Of a DNA stretch of 64,000 nt, positions 8,875-19,100 are shown piece by piece. How positions within the stretch are numbered: position 1 is the stretch's first letter; each line of letters begins with the position of its first letter. Source of the DNA: Planctomycetota bacterium (GTDB taxonomy: Bacteria; Planctomycetota; SZUA-567; H5-PLA8). The notes under the pieces are model-generated. The model made no database searches. It saw only the letters and a list, made by a program, of their open reading frames with translations, and had not been told where the DNA came from. Where the stretch lies: positions 122,365-186,364 of the forward strand of contig JBBRPR010000013.1 in the NCBI GenBank assembly GCA_038227875.1, read 5' to 3'. The translations under genes were made by a program, and so were the position numbers.

Positions 8875-9897
8875 ATGAAATCATTCGCAAGCGACAACTA
8901 TGCCGGCGTTCACCCGGCCGTTCTGGATGCCATCGGCAAGGCCAACGTCGCGCACGCGCGAGCGTACGGTTACGATGAGGTCACGGCCGAAGCAGAAGCC
9001 CTTTTCAAGCGGGAGTTTGACGCCTCCATCGCCGTGCATTTTGTGCTGATCGGCACCGCGGCGAATGTGCTCTCGATCAAAACGCTCGCCACGTCATACG
9101 AAGCCGCGATCGTCTCCCAGGACTCGCACCTCAACAACGACGAGTGCGGCGCGCCCGAGCATCTCGCCTGCAAGTTGCGCCCCATCCCCCCGACCCATGG
9201 CAAGCTGCGCCCGCAGGACCTGGAACCGTGCTTCATCAATCTCGACGAACACCGCGTCCGGCCGAAAGTCATCTCCATTTCGCAGTCCACCGAATGGGGC
9301 ACGGTTTATTCCATCGCGGAGACCCGAGCGCTCGCGGACTTTGCCCACAAGCACGGCTGCTACCTCCACGTCGACGGCGCGCGCATCGCCAACGCGGCGG
9401 CGTCGCTCAACGTTTCGCTGCGGCAGCTCACCGTCGATGCAGGCGTCGATGTGCTCTCCTTCGGCGGCACGAAAAACGGAATGATGTGCGGCGAAGCCGT
9501 GGTCTTTTTCGATGGCGCGCTCGCGAAGGATTTCAAATACATCCGCAAGCAGAACATGCAGCTCGCCTCGAAGATGCGTTTCATCTCCGCGCAGTTTGTG
9601 GCGATGCTCACCAATGAACTCTGGCGCAAGAACGCGGCGCATGCCAACGCCATGGCCAAAATGCTGGCCGAAAGCATCCGCGGCGTGGCGCGCGTGAAAA
9701 TCATCGAAAGCGTCGACGCCAACGCGCTTTTCGTTCAGCTTCCGCCGGAATGCGTCGAGCCGCTGCGCGAACGCTTCCCCTTCTATCTCTGGAAGGAACG
9801 CGAATCGATCGCGCGCTGGATGACCGCGTTCGATACCACGCCGGAAGAGATTCGCGAATTTGCCGCGCTGGTTGCGAAGATCTGCGCCGCCAAGTAA
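8875..9897 (+). CDS. ltaE: Low-specificity L-threonine aldolase
   Basis: FASDNYAG, HVDGARIANA, LSFGGTKNG (PLP lysine), LASKMRF. Confidence 0.9.
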   Translation: MKSFASDNYAGVHPAVLDAIGKANVAHARAYGYDEVTAEAEALFKREFDASIAVHFVLIGTAANVLSIKTLATSYEAAIVSQDSHLNNDECGAPEHLACKLRPIPPTHGKLRPQDLEPCFINLDEHRVRPKVISISQSTEWGTVYSIAETRALADFAHKHGCYLHVDGARIANAAASLNVSLRQLTVDAGVDVLSFGGTKNGMMCGEAVVFFDGALAKDFKYIRKQNMQLASKMRFISAQFVAMLTNELWRKNAAHANAMAKMLAESIRGVARVKIIESVDANALFVQLPPECVEPLRERFPFYLWKERESIARWMTAFDTTPEEIREFAALVAKICAAK

Positions 9898-10048
9898 TGA
9901 GACGACTTTGTCTATCGATGTAACCTTGTTGCAAATTTGCAGCAGGGTATCTGCTGATCGATGGATAAAACCTCGCACATACTCCGAAGCTTGATTCGCC
10001 CACGGATTGCGCTAGGAATGACACCTCATTTTGGAGGACAGAGTAGAC

Positions 10049-11704
10049 GTGTCGACTGAACGCATTTCTGTACGCAAGACCGGGGTTGCCAACCCGAAGA
10101 TTCTCATCGCCGATGCCTTAAGCGAACGCGGCGGCGCGATCCTGAAAGAGGGCGGCCTGACCGTCGAGACGCGCACGGGCCTCAAGGAAGACGAGCTCTG
10201 CGCGATTATCGGCGATTACGAAGGACTGATCGTGCGTTCCGCCACGACCGTCACGCCCAAAGTGATTTCGCACGCCAAAAAGATGCAGGTGATCGGACGC
10301 GCCGGCGTCGGCGTCGACAACATCGACCTGAAGGCCGCGACGCAGGCCGGCATCATCGTGCAGAACACGCCGTTGGGGAACATCACCTCCGCCGCCGAAC
10401 ATGCCGTGGCGCTGCTCTTCCCATCGGTGAGAAATATTCCGCGCGCCGACAAAGAGATGAAGGCCGGCAAGTGGCCGAAGAAGGGCCTGACCGGCGTCGA
10501 GCTGACGTCCAAGACGATCGGCATCATGGGCATGGGCAAGGTCGGAGGCATCGTCGCGCGCGTCGCCAAGGCGCTGGACATGACCATCATTGTCTACGAT
10601 CCGTACCTGACCGACCGTAAGGCCGAAGACCTCGGCGTCACCAAATGCGATCTGGATAAGTTGCTGAAAGAGTCCGACTTCATCACCGTCCACACACCGC
10701 TGACGCCGGAAACGAAAGGCTTGATCAATCTCGACAAGCTCAAGCTGATGAAGAAATCGGCGCGCATCATCAACGCGGCGCGCGGCGGTATCGTCAACGA
10801 GGCGGATCTCGCGCAGGCGCTGAAGGACGGCGTGATCGCCGGCGCGGCGCTGGATGTCTTCGAGGCCGAACCCCTGGCCGCCGATTCGCCTCTGCGCGGA
10901 ATTGAGAACGTGGTGCTGACGCCGCATCTCGGCGCAAGCACGGAAGAAGCGCAGGAACGCGTGGCCGAAGACGTGGCGCGACAGTTCGTCGATTTCTTCC
11001 GCGACGGCGTGATCCGCAACGCGGTGAATCTCGCCGTCGTCCTCGACCCCAAGATCGCACCGTACGCGCGGCTGGCTGAACTGATGGCCAACATGGCCGC
11101 GCAGATGGCCAACGCGCCGATCACCAGCGTCAAAGTCGGCGTCTACGGCAAACTCGCGGCGGGCGACACACGCGAGCTGGGATTGAGCGCCCTGAAAGGA
11201 CTGCTGGCGAAGAGCACCGGCTACCCCGTCACGCTGGTCAATGCGCCGGGTCTGGCTGAAGCACGCGGCATCGAACTGATCGAGCACAAAAGCGAACAGG
11301 CGCGCAATTACCAGACGCTGCTGGTCGTCTCCGCCGTCACGGAAGGTCCCGGCGGCACGGTCGAACGCACACTGGCCGGCACCTGCTTCGATGGCCAGGA
11401 AGGGCGCATCGTCCGCATCAACGATTTCGAAATCGATCTGAAGCCCGCGCCGGTGATCCTGCTGATGCTCTATCCCGACCGCCCCGGCATGGTCGGCAAA
11501 ATCGGAACGATCCTCGGCGAAGCGGACATCAACATCGCCAGCATGGCCGTCGGCCGTCGCGAAAAGCGCGGACAAGCCGCCGTAGCGCTGACGCTCGACG
11601 ATGCCGTCACGCCGGAAATTCAGGCGCGCATCCGCCAGGCAATCACCGTGGAGGAATTGTTCGCGATCGAACTGCCGTCGCTGAACAAGAATCACGGCCA
11701 CTAG
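10049..11704 (+). CDS. serA: D-3-phosphoglycerate dehydrogenase (long form with ASB and ACT domains)
   Basis: IGRAGVGVDNID, GMGKVG, NAARGGIV, TPHLGASTEEAQ, DRPGMVGKIG; probable GTG start after GGAGG. Confidence 0.95.
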   Translation: MSTERISVRKTGVANPKILIADALSERGGAILKEGGLTVETRTGLKEDELCAIIGDYEGLIVRSATTVTPKVISHAKKMQVIGRAGVGVDNIDLKAATQAGIIVQNTPLGNITSAAEHAVALLFPSVRNIPRADKEMKAGKWPKKGLTGVELTSKTIGIMGMGKVGGIVARVAKALDMTIIVYDPYLTDRKAEDLGVTKCDLDKLLKESDFITVHTPLTPETKGLINLDKLKLMKKSARIINAARGGIVNEADLAQALKDGVIAGAALDVFEAEPLAADSPLRGIENVVLTPHLGASTEEAQERVAEDVARQFVDFFRDGVIRNAVNLAVVLDPKIAPYARLAELMANMAAQMANAPITSVKVGVYGKLAAGDTRELGLSALKGLLAKSTGYPVTLVNAPGLAEARGIELIEHKSEQARNYQTLLVVSAVTEGPGGTVERTLAGTCFDGQEGRIVRINDFEIDLKPAPVILLMLYPDRPGMVGKIGTILGEADINIASMAVGRREKRGQAAVALTLDDAVTPEIQARIRQAITVEELFAIELPSLNKNHGH

Positions 11705-11880
11705 TTTACCAAATCTGAAACGCGCTGTTGTACGCCGCATCCACACCGTGGAAATCGGCGTACAACAGCGCGTTTCTTTTGCTCCATCTGCTCAATTTCA
11801 CACTGAATTGGCCTGTCATGGTGTAGGTAGTCACGTCGTTACTGATGATGACTTCGACTGCTGCCGGAATACGAAAACGA

Positions 11881-14340
11881 ATGCACGACCGCTCGCGACT
11901 GACGTTGCTTGTTCTGATCGCCTCATCTCTTCTTACAATCCACGCCTTCGCGCAGGATGCGCAGCAACTTCCCGATGACCTGAAGAAACGCCTGATCGAC
12001 GAAATCGACGGCATGAAAAAGGCCGGCGAAAAGCCCAAGGCCTGGCTGGACGTTTTCGGTGAGAAAGCCGAGCGCCCGATTGACGGCGCGGACGCCAAGG
12101 CGCTGACCGTGCTCGTGCAGGGCAATCCGTTTCCCGTAAGCTGGGAGAAACTCTGCGCCAGCGACACGCTGGTGGTCGCGCGCTCGGTTGCGCAGGGAAA
12201 TGGCGAGCGGCTGCTTCTCGCCGCGGAAATCGCGCTCGCCTACGGCAATAACGATCAGGCCTCCGATCTGGCCCTCCAGGCCGGGCAAGCCGCGGGAACA
12301 GATGCGGCGCTCGCGGAAAAAGTGAAGGCACTGGCGGCGCGCATTCCTGCCCACGCGGCCACGCCTGCAGCCACATCAGACCAGCCGCACACGGGAACGC
12401 CAACTGCCACACAGAACACTGGCATGTCAACCAGCGTGGTGCCGAAGCGCTCCGGTTCCGCGCGCAAGGAACGGCCGCGTGTGCTCATGGATGCTCCTCG
12501 CCTGGCCGCGGTTCGAGCCAAGTCCGGGAATCCGGATGGCAAGCGCTTTCTCAATTACATCAGCAAGGGCGTTACCGATCAGGAATCGATCGCATACCCG
12601 CTGGCCTATCTGATGACCAACGACGAACAGTATTCGCGCCAGGCCATGGACATCATTCAAAAGTACGTCGACCGTGGCCCGCTCAAGGATCTCAACCAGA
12701 TCGGTGAGTTGGGATTCTCCGGCATCGTCTACGATTGGTGCCACGACAAGCTCTCCGAAGATAAACGCAAGACGTGGCAGACGTGGATGCTGAAGAGCTA
12801 TGACAATTACAAAGACCAGTACATGGTCGGCTACCACAACTACATGATGCGTTGCGCGTGGGCGTTTGCGCTCGTCGGTTACGCGCTGGAAGGGGACAAC
12901 CCGCGCGCGGCCGAGTTGCTCGAAAACGCGTACGTTCAGCGCTGGAGCAAACGGATTCTGCCCGCCTGCAAGGCCGGTCTCGTTGGCGGGGCATGGGCCG
13001 AAGGCGAAGGCTACGGCTCGACGACGGCCATTGCGCTGCTGGAACTTGCCGAAGCGGCGCGCTGCGCGGAAGGCAAGGATCTCTATTCGGAAGCGCCGGA
13101 ATTCTTCGCGGGACGGCTGGCCTTCGAAATGTTCCTCGAAGAGCCCGGCGTGCTCGACGGAGGACGGCGTCTGTGGATCAACGGCGACATGAAGCGCGTC
13201 CGCAATTGGGACGATGTCCTGGAACAGCGCCTGTTCCTCCAGGATGCGCTGCGCGGAACGGATCTCGCCGCGTACGCGCAGGCCTACGCGGAATCCGCCG
13301 CCGCACCCAAGTGCCAGTACAACTCGATGAACTTCGTCGATGTCCTCTGGCGCGACCGCACCGCACCGCAAAAGCCGTTGGAGACCTTCAAGCTTTCGCA
13401 TCTCGCCGCGGGTCGCGGCACGGTCCTGATGCGCAGCGACTGGACCGAGAACGCCACGCACGTTGGCTTCGTAGCCGGACCACTGATCACCGCCTCGCAC
13501 GCGCACGCTGACGCGGGGCATTTCACGATCTGGAAAGACGATGAGCTGGCGTCACAGGCCGGCGATTACCGCGGCACCACCGGCCCCTGGCCGCTCGATG
13601 CCTACAAGCGCACCGTTGCCCACAACACGCTGCTGATCTACGACCCGGCTGAGAAATTCGAGGTCCGCCACACGCCCTCGCTGAACGACGGCGGCCAGCT
13701 CTGGAACGATGAAGAGGAGTACCTCGGCGGCGCGAAGATCGTCGCCTACGACGCGCGACGCACGTACACCTATGTCTGCGCCGACCTGACGCCGGCGTAC
13801 TCCAAAAATAAGGCTGCGGTCGTGCGGCGGCAGTTCCTCTATTTACGTCCGTGTACGATCATCGTGCTCGATCGCGTCATCAGCACGCATCCGGAATTCC
13901 AGAAAGTCTGGCAGTGCTACCTGTCCGGGGTGGCGACGGTAACCGGCAACGCGTTCGCCACGACTCACAACAAGGGAAAGTTGAAGGCCGAAGCGCTGCT
14001 TCCCACCGATGCCAAGGTCACGCTGCTCGGCGGCCAGGACAAGGCGCTCAACGTCTTCGGCAAGAGCATCGCGCAGCCGGCTGAGCGAAATTCCGATTCC
14101 GGACCCCAGTGGCGCGTGGAGATCAAGCCCGGTGCCGCGCGCGCCTCGGACACGTTTCTTGTCGTTCTTCACGCCTACGATGGCGCCGAACCGGCCGCCG
14201 CGACTTGTAAAGATGGCGGCTCTCAAATAACAATCAGCATTCCCGGTTTCGGCGATGTGGTCTTGAACGCCGATGGCTCGCCCGGCGGTTCGGTCGCCGG
14301 CAAAGCGCTGGCGCAGACCGTCGTCGCGAAAGAAGAGTGA
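11881..14340 (+). CDS. Secreted heparinase II/III-like polysaccharide lyase-family protein
   Basis: Signal peptide; YDWCHD, WAEGEGYG, LMRSDW, HAHADAGHFTIW, TVAHNTLL; start could be 11845-11881. Confidence 0.75.
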   Translation: MHDRSRLTLLVLIASSLLTIHAFAQDAQQLPDDLKKRLIDEIDGMKKAGEKPKAWLDVFGEKAERPIDGADAKALTVLVQGNPFPVSWEKLCASDTLVVARSVAQGNGERLLLAAEIALAYGNNDQASDLALQAGQAAGTDAALAEKVKALAARIPAHAATPAATSDQPHTGTPTATQNTGMSTSVVPKRSGSARKERPRVLMDAPRLAAVRAKSGNPDGKRFLNYISKGVTDQESIAYPLAYLMTNDEQYSRQAMDIIQKYVDRGPLKDLNQIGELGFSGIVYDWCHDKLSEDKRKTWQTWMLKSYDNYKDQYMVGYHNYMMRCAWAFALVGYALEGDNPRAAELLENAYVQRWSKRILPACKAGLVGGAWAEGEGYGSTTAIALLELAEAARCAEGKDLYSEAPEFFAGRLAFEMFLEEPGVLDGGRRLWINGDMKRVRNWDDVLEQRLFLQDALRGTDLAAYAQAYAESAAAPKCQYNSMNFVDVLWRDRTAPQKPLETFKLSHLAAGRGTVLMRSDWTENATHVGFVAGPLITASHAHADAGHFTIWKDDELASQAGDYRGTTGPWPLDAYKRTVAHNTLLIYDPAEKFEVRHTPSLNDGGQLWNDEEEYLGGAKIVAYDARRTYTYVCADLTPAYSKNKAAVVRRQFLYLRPCTIIVLDRVISTHPEFQKVWQCYLSGVATVTGNAFATTHNKGKLKAEALLPTDAKVTLLGGQDKALNVFGKSIAQPAERNSDSGPQWRVEIKPGAARASDTFLVVLHAYDGAEPAAATCKDGGSQITISIPGFGDVVLNADGSPGGSVAGKALAQTVVAKEE

Positions 14341-16082
14341 ATGTACGTCTTCCAATGCGGAGTGCCTTGATGCTCACCTTGCAGGATAAGTCCGTCCGTT
14401 ACCTGGCTTCACACGCTGATGAAATCCTGGGCAAGCAGAACGAGGCGGGAGAATTCTGGCCCGATTCCGGATTTCGCGCGCACTTCAACACCGACTACCA
14501 GCAGTTTGCCTACTATCCCCTCGCCTACCTCTTTACACTAAAGCACGCGGAAAATCCGTGGTTTGAGCATCCGCGCCTGCTGGCCGCCGTCACGCGTTCA
14601 CTGAAAAATAATCTCGCGATCCAGCAGCCCGACGGCACGTTTCTCGGCAGTTCCCACGACGCGGCGCCCCAGCCGTACGCCAACAACTGGCGCAGCTTTA
14701 CGTTCCTGAGGACGTGGGAACTGATGCGCGGCCACATCGGCAAAGACCTGGAGTCGCAATGCGAACAAGGCCTGCGCAAGTCGCTGGTCGCGATTGAAAA
14801 ACACACGCGGCACGAAACCAGCGAAGCGCGCTTCTGCCGCAATCACAACGTCCGCAATCACCCGATCTGGTATCTGCTCGCCACGTATTCACTCGGCCGG
14901 GCCTTCAACGACGAGAAAGCCACAGCGTTCGCCACGGAACAGTTCGAGCGCGTCTGCGCGGCGCAGCATCCCGCGGGTCTCTGGTTTGAGCACAACGGCC
15001 CGGTCGCCGTCTACCAGCATGTTTCGATGAGCGGCCTGTCGCACTACCACACGCTGAGCGGCTCGCCGGCGGCGCGCGTGGCGCTTGAGAAATGTCTCGA
15101 ATACTTCCGCGTCTTTACCTATCCCAGCGGACATCCCGTCGAAGTGCTCGACGGCCGCGTGCGCTATACCGGCTACGTAATGTCGATTCATCCCGCGCAG
15201 TGGAGCCAGTCGGCCGCCGGCCGCAGCCATCTTCATTTTCTGCTCGACCAACTGCTCGCGGCGCCGCTCGGACCCGGCTACCAGACGCACGGCAGTTGGC
15301 TGGGCCTGCCGTTCTTCACACAGTTCACGCGCGATCTTCCCGCCACGGAACCCGCGGAAGCATTGCCGCCGCCGCTGGCCGGAGACGGCGTCCACGAACT
15401 TCCGCAACTGCCCGTCCGGTTGATCCGCAAAGGTCCGTGGACGGTGACGCTCTCCGGCTTCACGCGCCCCGAAGCGCCGCGCAACCGCTGGGAACTCGAT
15501 TTCCAGACGCACGTCTCCGTTCATCACGCGAAGGCGGGCCTGATCATCGGCGGCGGAGGCGGGAAGCGGCAGGCCGCGCTCTCGCAGTTCACCGCCGGCA
15601 GCCGGCCGCTCGGCCTGCCGTGCCTGGCGCTCGACGGTTCCGCGGAATCCTCCGGCGTGGCCTCGGCGCGGTTGAAACTCAATTACTCCGGCTTCACCGC
15701 CAGTGTCAACGCCGCGATCGACGGCGATGGCGTGAACCTCGCCTTTTCCGTTACTCAGAAGACGGGCGAGGCGGACCCGTCGCCCATTTTCCTGCAGCTA
15801 ACCTCCCCGATGAAAGGATCCGCCCCGATCGTCACCGAAAAAGGCGCACGCCCCGAAATGGATCTGCAGGACGAATTGCTTCCCGACGAGATCGGCACGT
15901 GGATCGGCCGTGAGGGACTCTACAAGATCTCCGGCGTGGACGGCGCGCGCGGTCTGCTTCACGTCCTGCCCTACAACACCCACTGGCGCGACGGCCGCGC
16001 GCCCGCGGAGAAAGCGATGAGCGTCGTGGCACTGCCGATCGGCCCAGACTCGCCGCGCCAGATCCGCATTACCGCTGAGTAG
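14337..16082 (+). CDS. Hypothetical protein, probable (alpha/alpha)-toroid plus beta-sandwich lyase-like fold
   Basis: Long ORF overlapping the previous stop; QHPAGLWFEHNGP..YQH and TYPSG..DGR pattern; start uncertain. Confidence 0.6.
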   Translation: MNVRLPMRSALMLTLQDKSVRYLASHADEILGKQNEAGEFWPDSGFRAHFNTDYQQFAYYPLAYLFTLKHAENPWFEHPRLLAAVTRSLKNNLAIQQPDGTFLGSSHDAAPQPYANNWRSFTFLRTWELMRGHIGKDLESQCEQGLRKSLVAIEKHTRHETSEARFCRNHNVRNHPIWYLLATYSLGRAFNDEKATAFATEQFERVCAAQHPAGLWFEHNGPVAVYQHVSMSGLSHYHTLSGSPAARVALEKCLEYFRVFTYPSGHPVEVLDGRVRYTGYVMSIHPAQWSQSAAGRSHLHFLLDQLLAAPLGPGYQTHGSWLGLPFFTQFTRDLPATEPAEALPPPLAGDGVHELPQLPVRLIRKGPWTVTLSGFTRPEAPRNRWELDFQTHVSVHHAKAGLIIGGGGGKRQAALSQFTAGSRPLGLPCLALDGSAESSGVASARLKLNYSGFTASVNAAIDGDGVNLAFSVTQKTGEADPSPIFLQLTSPMKGSAPIVTEKGARPEMDLQDELLPDEIGTWIGREGLYKISGVDGARGLLHVLPYNTHWRDGRAPAEKAMSVVALPIGPDSPRQIRITAE

Positions 16083-16083
16083 C

Positions 16084-16117
16084 AACGAAAACTCCCGCTT
16101 ACGCGGGAGTTCTCGTT
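16084..16117. terminator. Terminator hairpin between convergent genes
   Basis: AACGAAAACTCCCGC-TTAC-GCGGGAGTTCTCGTT. Confidence 0.75.
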
Positions 16118-16137
16118 ACTCGACTATTGCTTGAACC

Positions 16138-19100
16138 TTACCGTTTCGCGCCGGCCAGACGTCCCGTGCCATTCTTCGCCAGGAAGCCGGCGGAGATCAA
16201 GGAAGCATACGAGAGGCTCTGGTCGATCAGCAGCGCGACCTGAACATTGAGCGGCTGCAGCGCGCCGTTCTTGCCTGTGGCACCAAACGTGGCCACCACG
16301 CCGCTGGAATCGAATCCACCCTGCGACATGTTGGGGAACGTCACCATCGTGCTCAGCACCGCGCGCTGATTTTTGACGTCCAGAATAAAGCGGAAGAGCT
16401 TCGCGGCTTTCGGACCATGATCGACACCCAGCGCGTCGACCACGCTGGTGGCCGTGCCCTTGCCCTTCGCGTCAACTGTGCCGGAAATAATGATGTTGCC
16501 CAGCCCGACGTGGAAGCTGTGCGTGCCGGTGGGATAGTCGGACGGGTTGAGCGGGAAGCGTCCGCGGAAGACGACGCTGTCCTTTGACTTCGGCTTGTTG
16601 AACGCAAACCGGCCGATGATGAAGCTCTGATCCGATTTGAACGCGGCGATGTTCTTACGCTCGCCGCCCAGCGTTTCGTTGAGCGTGATCGGCACCATCT
16701 TGCGCACGGTGTTTCCCACCGAGTCGGTGGCCTTCACCACGAAGATGCCGGGCTTGGAGAACAGCGCGAAGAACGTCAGCCCCTTGATTGTGCCCTGCGG
16801 CGAGACGCCATCGCTGGGTTCGATCGTCGAGGTCACAGCGCCCACCGCACCGGTGATGCTGAAGCGCACCGCGCCTTTGGAGCCCTTCGACGCGATGGTC
16901 AGGTTGCTGATCGGATTGTCGGTGGTGATGTCGTCGACGACGCTGACGACGTTGCCGAACGGATTGAGCAGCTTGATCGAGACCTGCTGCACGACCTTGC
17001 CGGCCGACGGTCCGCGCACGGGATCGGTAATCGTGACAGTGGCGGTCACCTGCACGGTGCCGTCCGCCGCGAACGCCGACTTGGGGAAGCTGTCGAGCGG
17101 ATACGTGTGCGTGACGGTCTGGCCGCTGGCAGTGACGCCGTCGCCGAAATCCCAGGCGAAGTTCAGTGCGTCGCCGTCCTGGTCGAGACCGCCCATGCCC
17201 AGCGTCGTGATGGTGAACGATTCTTCCGTATCGAAGCCGATCGGGTTGAGTCCCAGCACGATGCCATTGCCATCGGTGCGCGGCGGAGTATTGATGCTGA
17301 CGCCCAGTGTACTGATCACCGGCGCGCCACCGCGGCCATCGTTGACCGTCACCTTCACGGTCAAGTTTCCGGCCGCGGCAAATTGATGCGTGATGAAATT
17401 CGTCGCGCCGGTGGTCGTCGCCGTCGTACCGTCTCCAAAATCCCAGGTGTACGTGAGCACATTCGCGGCCACCGGGAACGGCGGATTGAGATCCAGATCT
17501 GTGACGCTGACGGAGAACGTCTGCGTCTGACCCGGCAAACCGACACCAGGGATCTGATCGGTGGCGAACGCCGGATCGAAGGCAACCGATAGCGGCGAAG
17601 CCAGTAGTGGGGCGGCGTTGATCTTGATCTGCTTGCCTGGGAAGTTCGGCATCGGCGTGGTCAGGATCAGGCTGTTGCCGACGTTGTCTCCAGCCACCGC
17701 ACCGACGCCCAGCGAGACCGTAGCGGCCGCGACGTTGAGATTGTCGCTGGGATCGCTGGCCGACGTTTCCTGTGCGCCAACGGTGTAGGTGACGTTAACA
17801 TTGTTGGCCGGCCCGAACGGCGGAATGCTCAGCACCACGCCTGTATCCAGCGGAATCAACAGATTGCCGCCCGTCAGCGTAACGTTCTTGGTGAACTGAA
17901 CGTTGACCACGAGGCTGTCGCCGGCGTTGTAGACGCCATCCGGCGCAACGGAGGTAATGCCGATGATCGCCGGCTTCGTCTTGACGATGTCATAGGTCGA
18001 GGTACCGGGGAAGGTCATGGTGAAGCCGGTCACGAAGGCATTGCCCGCGGCGTCCACGATCGTGGTACCTGCCGCGGGAACGTTGAGGCCAAGCGTACCG
18101 TCGCCGGAACCGGTGTTAAGCGTGATCGTGTAGGTCGTACCGCTGCCGGAGACGTTGGAGACCGAGAATCCCGCAATCGGAAAGAGCGAACCGGCCAGCG
18201 GCGCCGACGGGATCGTGAAATCCGCCGCGACGACGTTGAGCACCGACTTGCTGAAGACCACGGTGTACTGCACCGCCGCCAGATTGGTCGGCGAGGAATT
18301 CACACGCGTGACGGTCAAGACCGTCGGCGGGACGGTATCAAAGAGAACTGTGCCCGTGTTCGAGGCCAGCGTGTTGGCCGTGCCCTGCGCGTCGGTAACG
18401 CCACTGCCGCCGGCGCCGGATTTCACCTGCAGCGTCACATTAGTGGCCGGATTGCTCGTCGCTCCGGTAACGGTCACCACGTAAACGCTCGGTCCACCCG
18501 TGATGGTCTGGACTGTTCCATTGGTCGTCGTCACCGACGACGAGGTGAATCCCGTGACTGCCTTGTTGAAGGTGACGGTGAAGACAATCGTGCCGTTGTT
18601 GGTCGGATTGGCCTGGCCCGGCGTGGTGATCGCGACCGTCGGTCCCAGACCATCGTCGTTCAAGGCGATGTTGCCCTGCCCCAGCGTCAGCGACGGCGAG
18701 GACGGCGAGACGTTGGTTCCCACGAAGGAAATTCCATTCGGCGGGCCGACAGGAGTCGTGTCAATGGTGTTGCTGACCGTCAGCGTGTTCGGCAGCGCGC
18801 TGACGCTGACGTTCTTGCCGCTGGTCTTGATGCCACTGGTCGCGCCGACCGTGCCGACCGTCAGCGCCGAACCGTTGAACACCGAAAGCGCGCCATTGAT
18901 ATTCGCCGCGAGCGTGCCGATGGCGTTCGACTTGGTCAGCGTCATCGTGCCCGCTCCGGTCAGGAGCAGATTCGTGGCGGTAACGATTCCGCCGGTCTGA
19001 TTCACACCGCCGACGGTGACATTGAGTGTCAATGTGGTTGTTACTGACACGTTGAACCCGAGCGTCAGGATCTTGCTGGCATTCACGGTCAGATTGGTGA

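Noticed and set aside
8875..11704. ltaE-serA adjacency as a novel pathway
   Set aside because: Ordinary glycine/serine metabolism; nothing unusual in either protein.
10118..11746. 542-aa antisense ORF opposite serA
   Set aside because: Shadow ORF typical of high-GC codon bias; no motifs.
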